From the NCBI GenBank assembly GCA_902546795.1, contig CACCLK010000002.1, positions 2,061-66,060 on the forward strand: a stretch of DNA of 64,000 bases, in the 5' to 3' direction. Each line of letters starts with the position of its first letter. Position 1 is the first letter of the stretch. This document shows, one piece after another, positions 62,920 through 64,000 of the stretch. Source of the stretch: an uncultured Pelagibacteraceae bacterium (lineage in GTDB: Bacteria > Pseudomonadota > Alphaproteobacteria > Pelagibacterales > Pelagibacteraceae). The notes beneath the pieces are model-generated. The model was not told the origin of the DNA. It searched no databases and saw only the letters and a list, made by a program, of their open reading frames with translations. The position numbers were made by a program, and so were the translations under genes.

Positions 62920-64000
62920 TTCTCGAATACGAGTTCGCCTTTTAAAAAAGTCATTTGTACTTTTCCTTGAAGAGTTTTGTTTTCAATTGCAGCATTTTTT
63001 GATTTAGATTTAAGAGTATTTACATCAACTTTCCAAGGTTCATCAAGATCGAATAAACAAATATCAGCATCACGTCCTGTTTTTAAAGTCCCTTTATTGA
63101 TTTTAAGTATTTTTGCGGGATTTACCGTGATTAACTCAATTAATTTTTGAAGTTTAATAGATTTATTATGATAAAGCTCTAACACTAAAGGCAACAGAGT
63201 CTCTACACCAATTGATCCAGTCGCTGCTTGAGCAAAAGGAAGCCTTTTGCTTTCCTCATCTTCAGGTTTATGTGCTGAGGTAATAACATCAATCAACCCT
63301 GTGTTAATAGCATCAATTAATGATTTTCGATCATTTTCAGATCTTAGAGGAGGAGAAAATTTTAAAAAGGTTTTAAAATCTCCTACATCGTTATCGTTTA
63401 AACATAAATGATTAATTGATACACCAGTCGTAAAATTTTTACTATTTTTTTTATTTTTCCTAATTACTTCTACTGACTTTTGTGAAGAAATTTGATTTAT
63501 GTGGTACCTACATGGGTACTCTTCTAGTAAAGAGAGATCTCTTTCAATGATAATTTTTTCAGCAATCGATGGAATGCTTTGTAAGCCTAGTCGTGTGGCA
63601 ATTTCTCCTTCATTTACACACCCGTTTTTTGAAAGCTCGTAATCCTCAACATGTTGCATAATTAAAGCACCCATGTCTGAAGCATAGTCCATTATTCTAG
63701 ACATTATCTCTGTGTTTTGAACTACTTGATAAGGGTCAGTGAAGCCAATTATGCCTTTAGCAGTGAGCAAGCCGAACTCTACCATCTCTTTACCCTTCAT
63801 CTCACGTGTTAAACACGCAGCAGGAAAAATATTTAAATTCGATTTATCTCTTCCTCTTCTTATAATAAAATCTACCATCGACACATTGTCAATTAATGGT
63901 TTTGTATTAGGCATTGTGACGACTGAAGTAACGCCTCCTGCGAATGCAGCTTGAGTTAGTGTTCTAAAATTTTCTTTGTATTCAAAACCAGGTTCACCAA
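62916..64000 (-). CDS. pyrC: Dihydroorotase-like protein (partial, 5' end beyond window; probably inactive PyrC')
   Basis: Frame stays open to the window edge: GEPGFEYKE..AA.AGGVT.V.TMPNT.P, K..PPLR, NPAKIL, ADI..FD. Confidence 0.85.
   Translation of the reverse strand, partial: GEPGFEYKENFRTLTQAAFAGGVTSVVTMPNTKPLIDNVSMVDFIIRRGRDKSNLNIFPAACLTREMKGKEMVEFGLLTAKGIIGFTDPYQVVQNTEIMSRIMDYASDMGALIMQHVEDYELSKNGCVNEGEIATRLGLQSIPSIAEKIIIERDLSLLEEYPCRYHINQISSQKSVEVIRKNKKNSKNFTTGVSINHLCLNDNDVGDFKTFLKFSPPLRSENDRKSLIDAINTGLIDVITSAHKPEDEESKRLPFAQAATGSIGVETLLPLVLELYHNKSIKLQKLIELITVNPAKILKINKGTLKTGRDADICLFDLDEPWKVDVNTLKSKSKNAAIENKTLQGKVQMTFLKGELVFEN

Noticed and set aside
1446-63954. Many 60-180 aa ORFs antisense to or nested in core genes (e.g. 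2202-2549, 27105-27584, 31359-31889, 34348-34854, 36514-36990)
   Set aside because: Fully overlap well-supported genes; Phe/Ser/Leu/Ile-rich composition is the mirror of Lys/Glu-rich sense codons; no motifs
1-64000. CRISPR array, rRNA, long tandem repeats, recoding or alternative genetic code
   Set aside because: No repeat-spacer pattern or room for one; core genes are uninterrupted in the standard code and TGA is used as a stop

Overview
AT-rich, very tightly packed bacterial chromosome segment. Gene content, gene order and near-zero intergenic spacing point to a SAR11/Pelagibacterales alphaproteobacterium (inferred, not database-checked). Most of it is core genome: nadE end, cysS, cimA, trmJ, rpsD, purB-C-S-Q-L-bolA-grxD, map, sfsA, cinA-like, five tRNAs, a ~29 kb same-strand run from tRNA-Tyr/tuf through rpoBC, str, S10, spc and alpha genes, then rluA-family, lipB, mgtE, panC, galU, ugd, ridA, topA, plsY and a pyrC-like gene. 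Two small accessory-looking blocks flank a convergent tRNA-Leu/nadK/tRNA-Thr unit. Block 1 (12450-17765) holds a GT9 glycosyltransferase, an SGNH protein, a radical SAM protein with a CX3CX3C motif and a large membrane protein. Block 2 (18814-23509) holds a polysaccharide deacetylase divergent from acyl-CoA ligase, an atypical glutaryl-CoA-dehydrogenase-like enzyme (catalytic Glu replaced by Asp) and a GNAT acyltransferase. Block 2 is the best candidate for an undescribed system: deacetylation and re-acylation of a surface glycan. No integrase, transposase, prophage, rRNA or CRISPR was seen.
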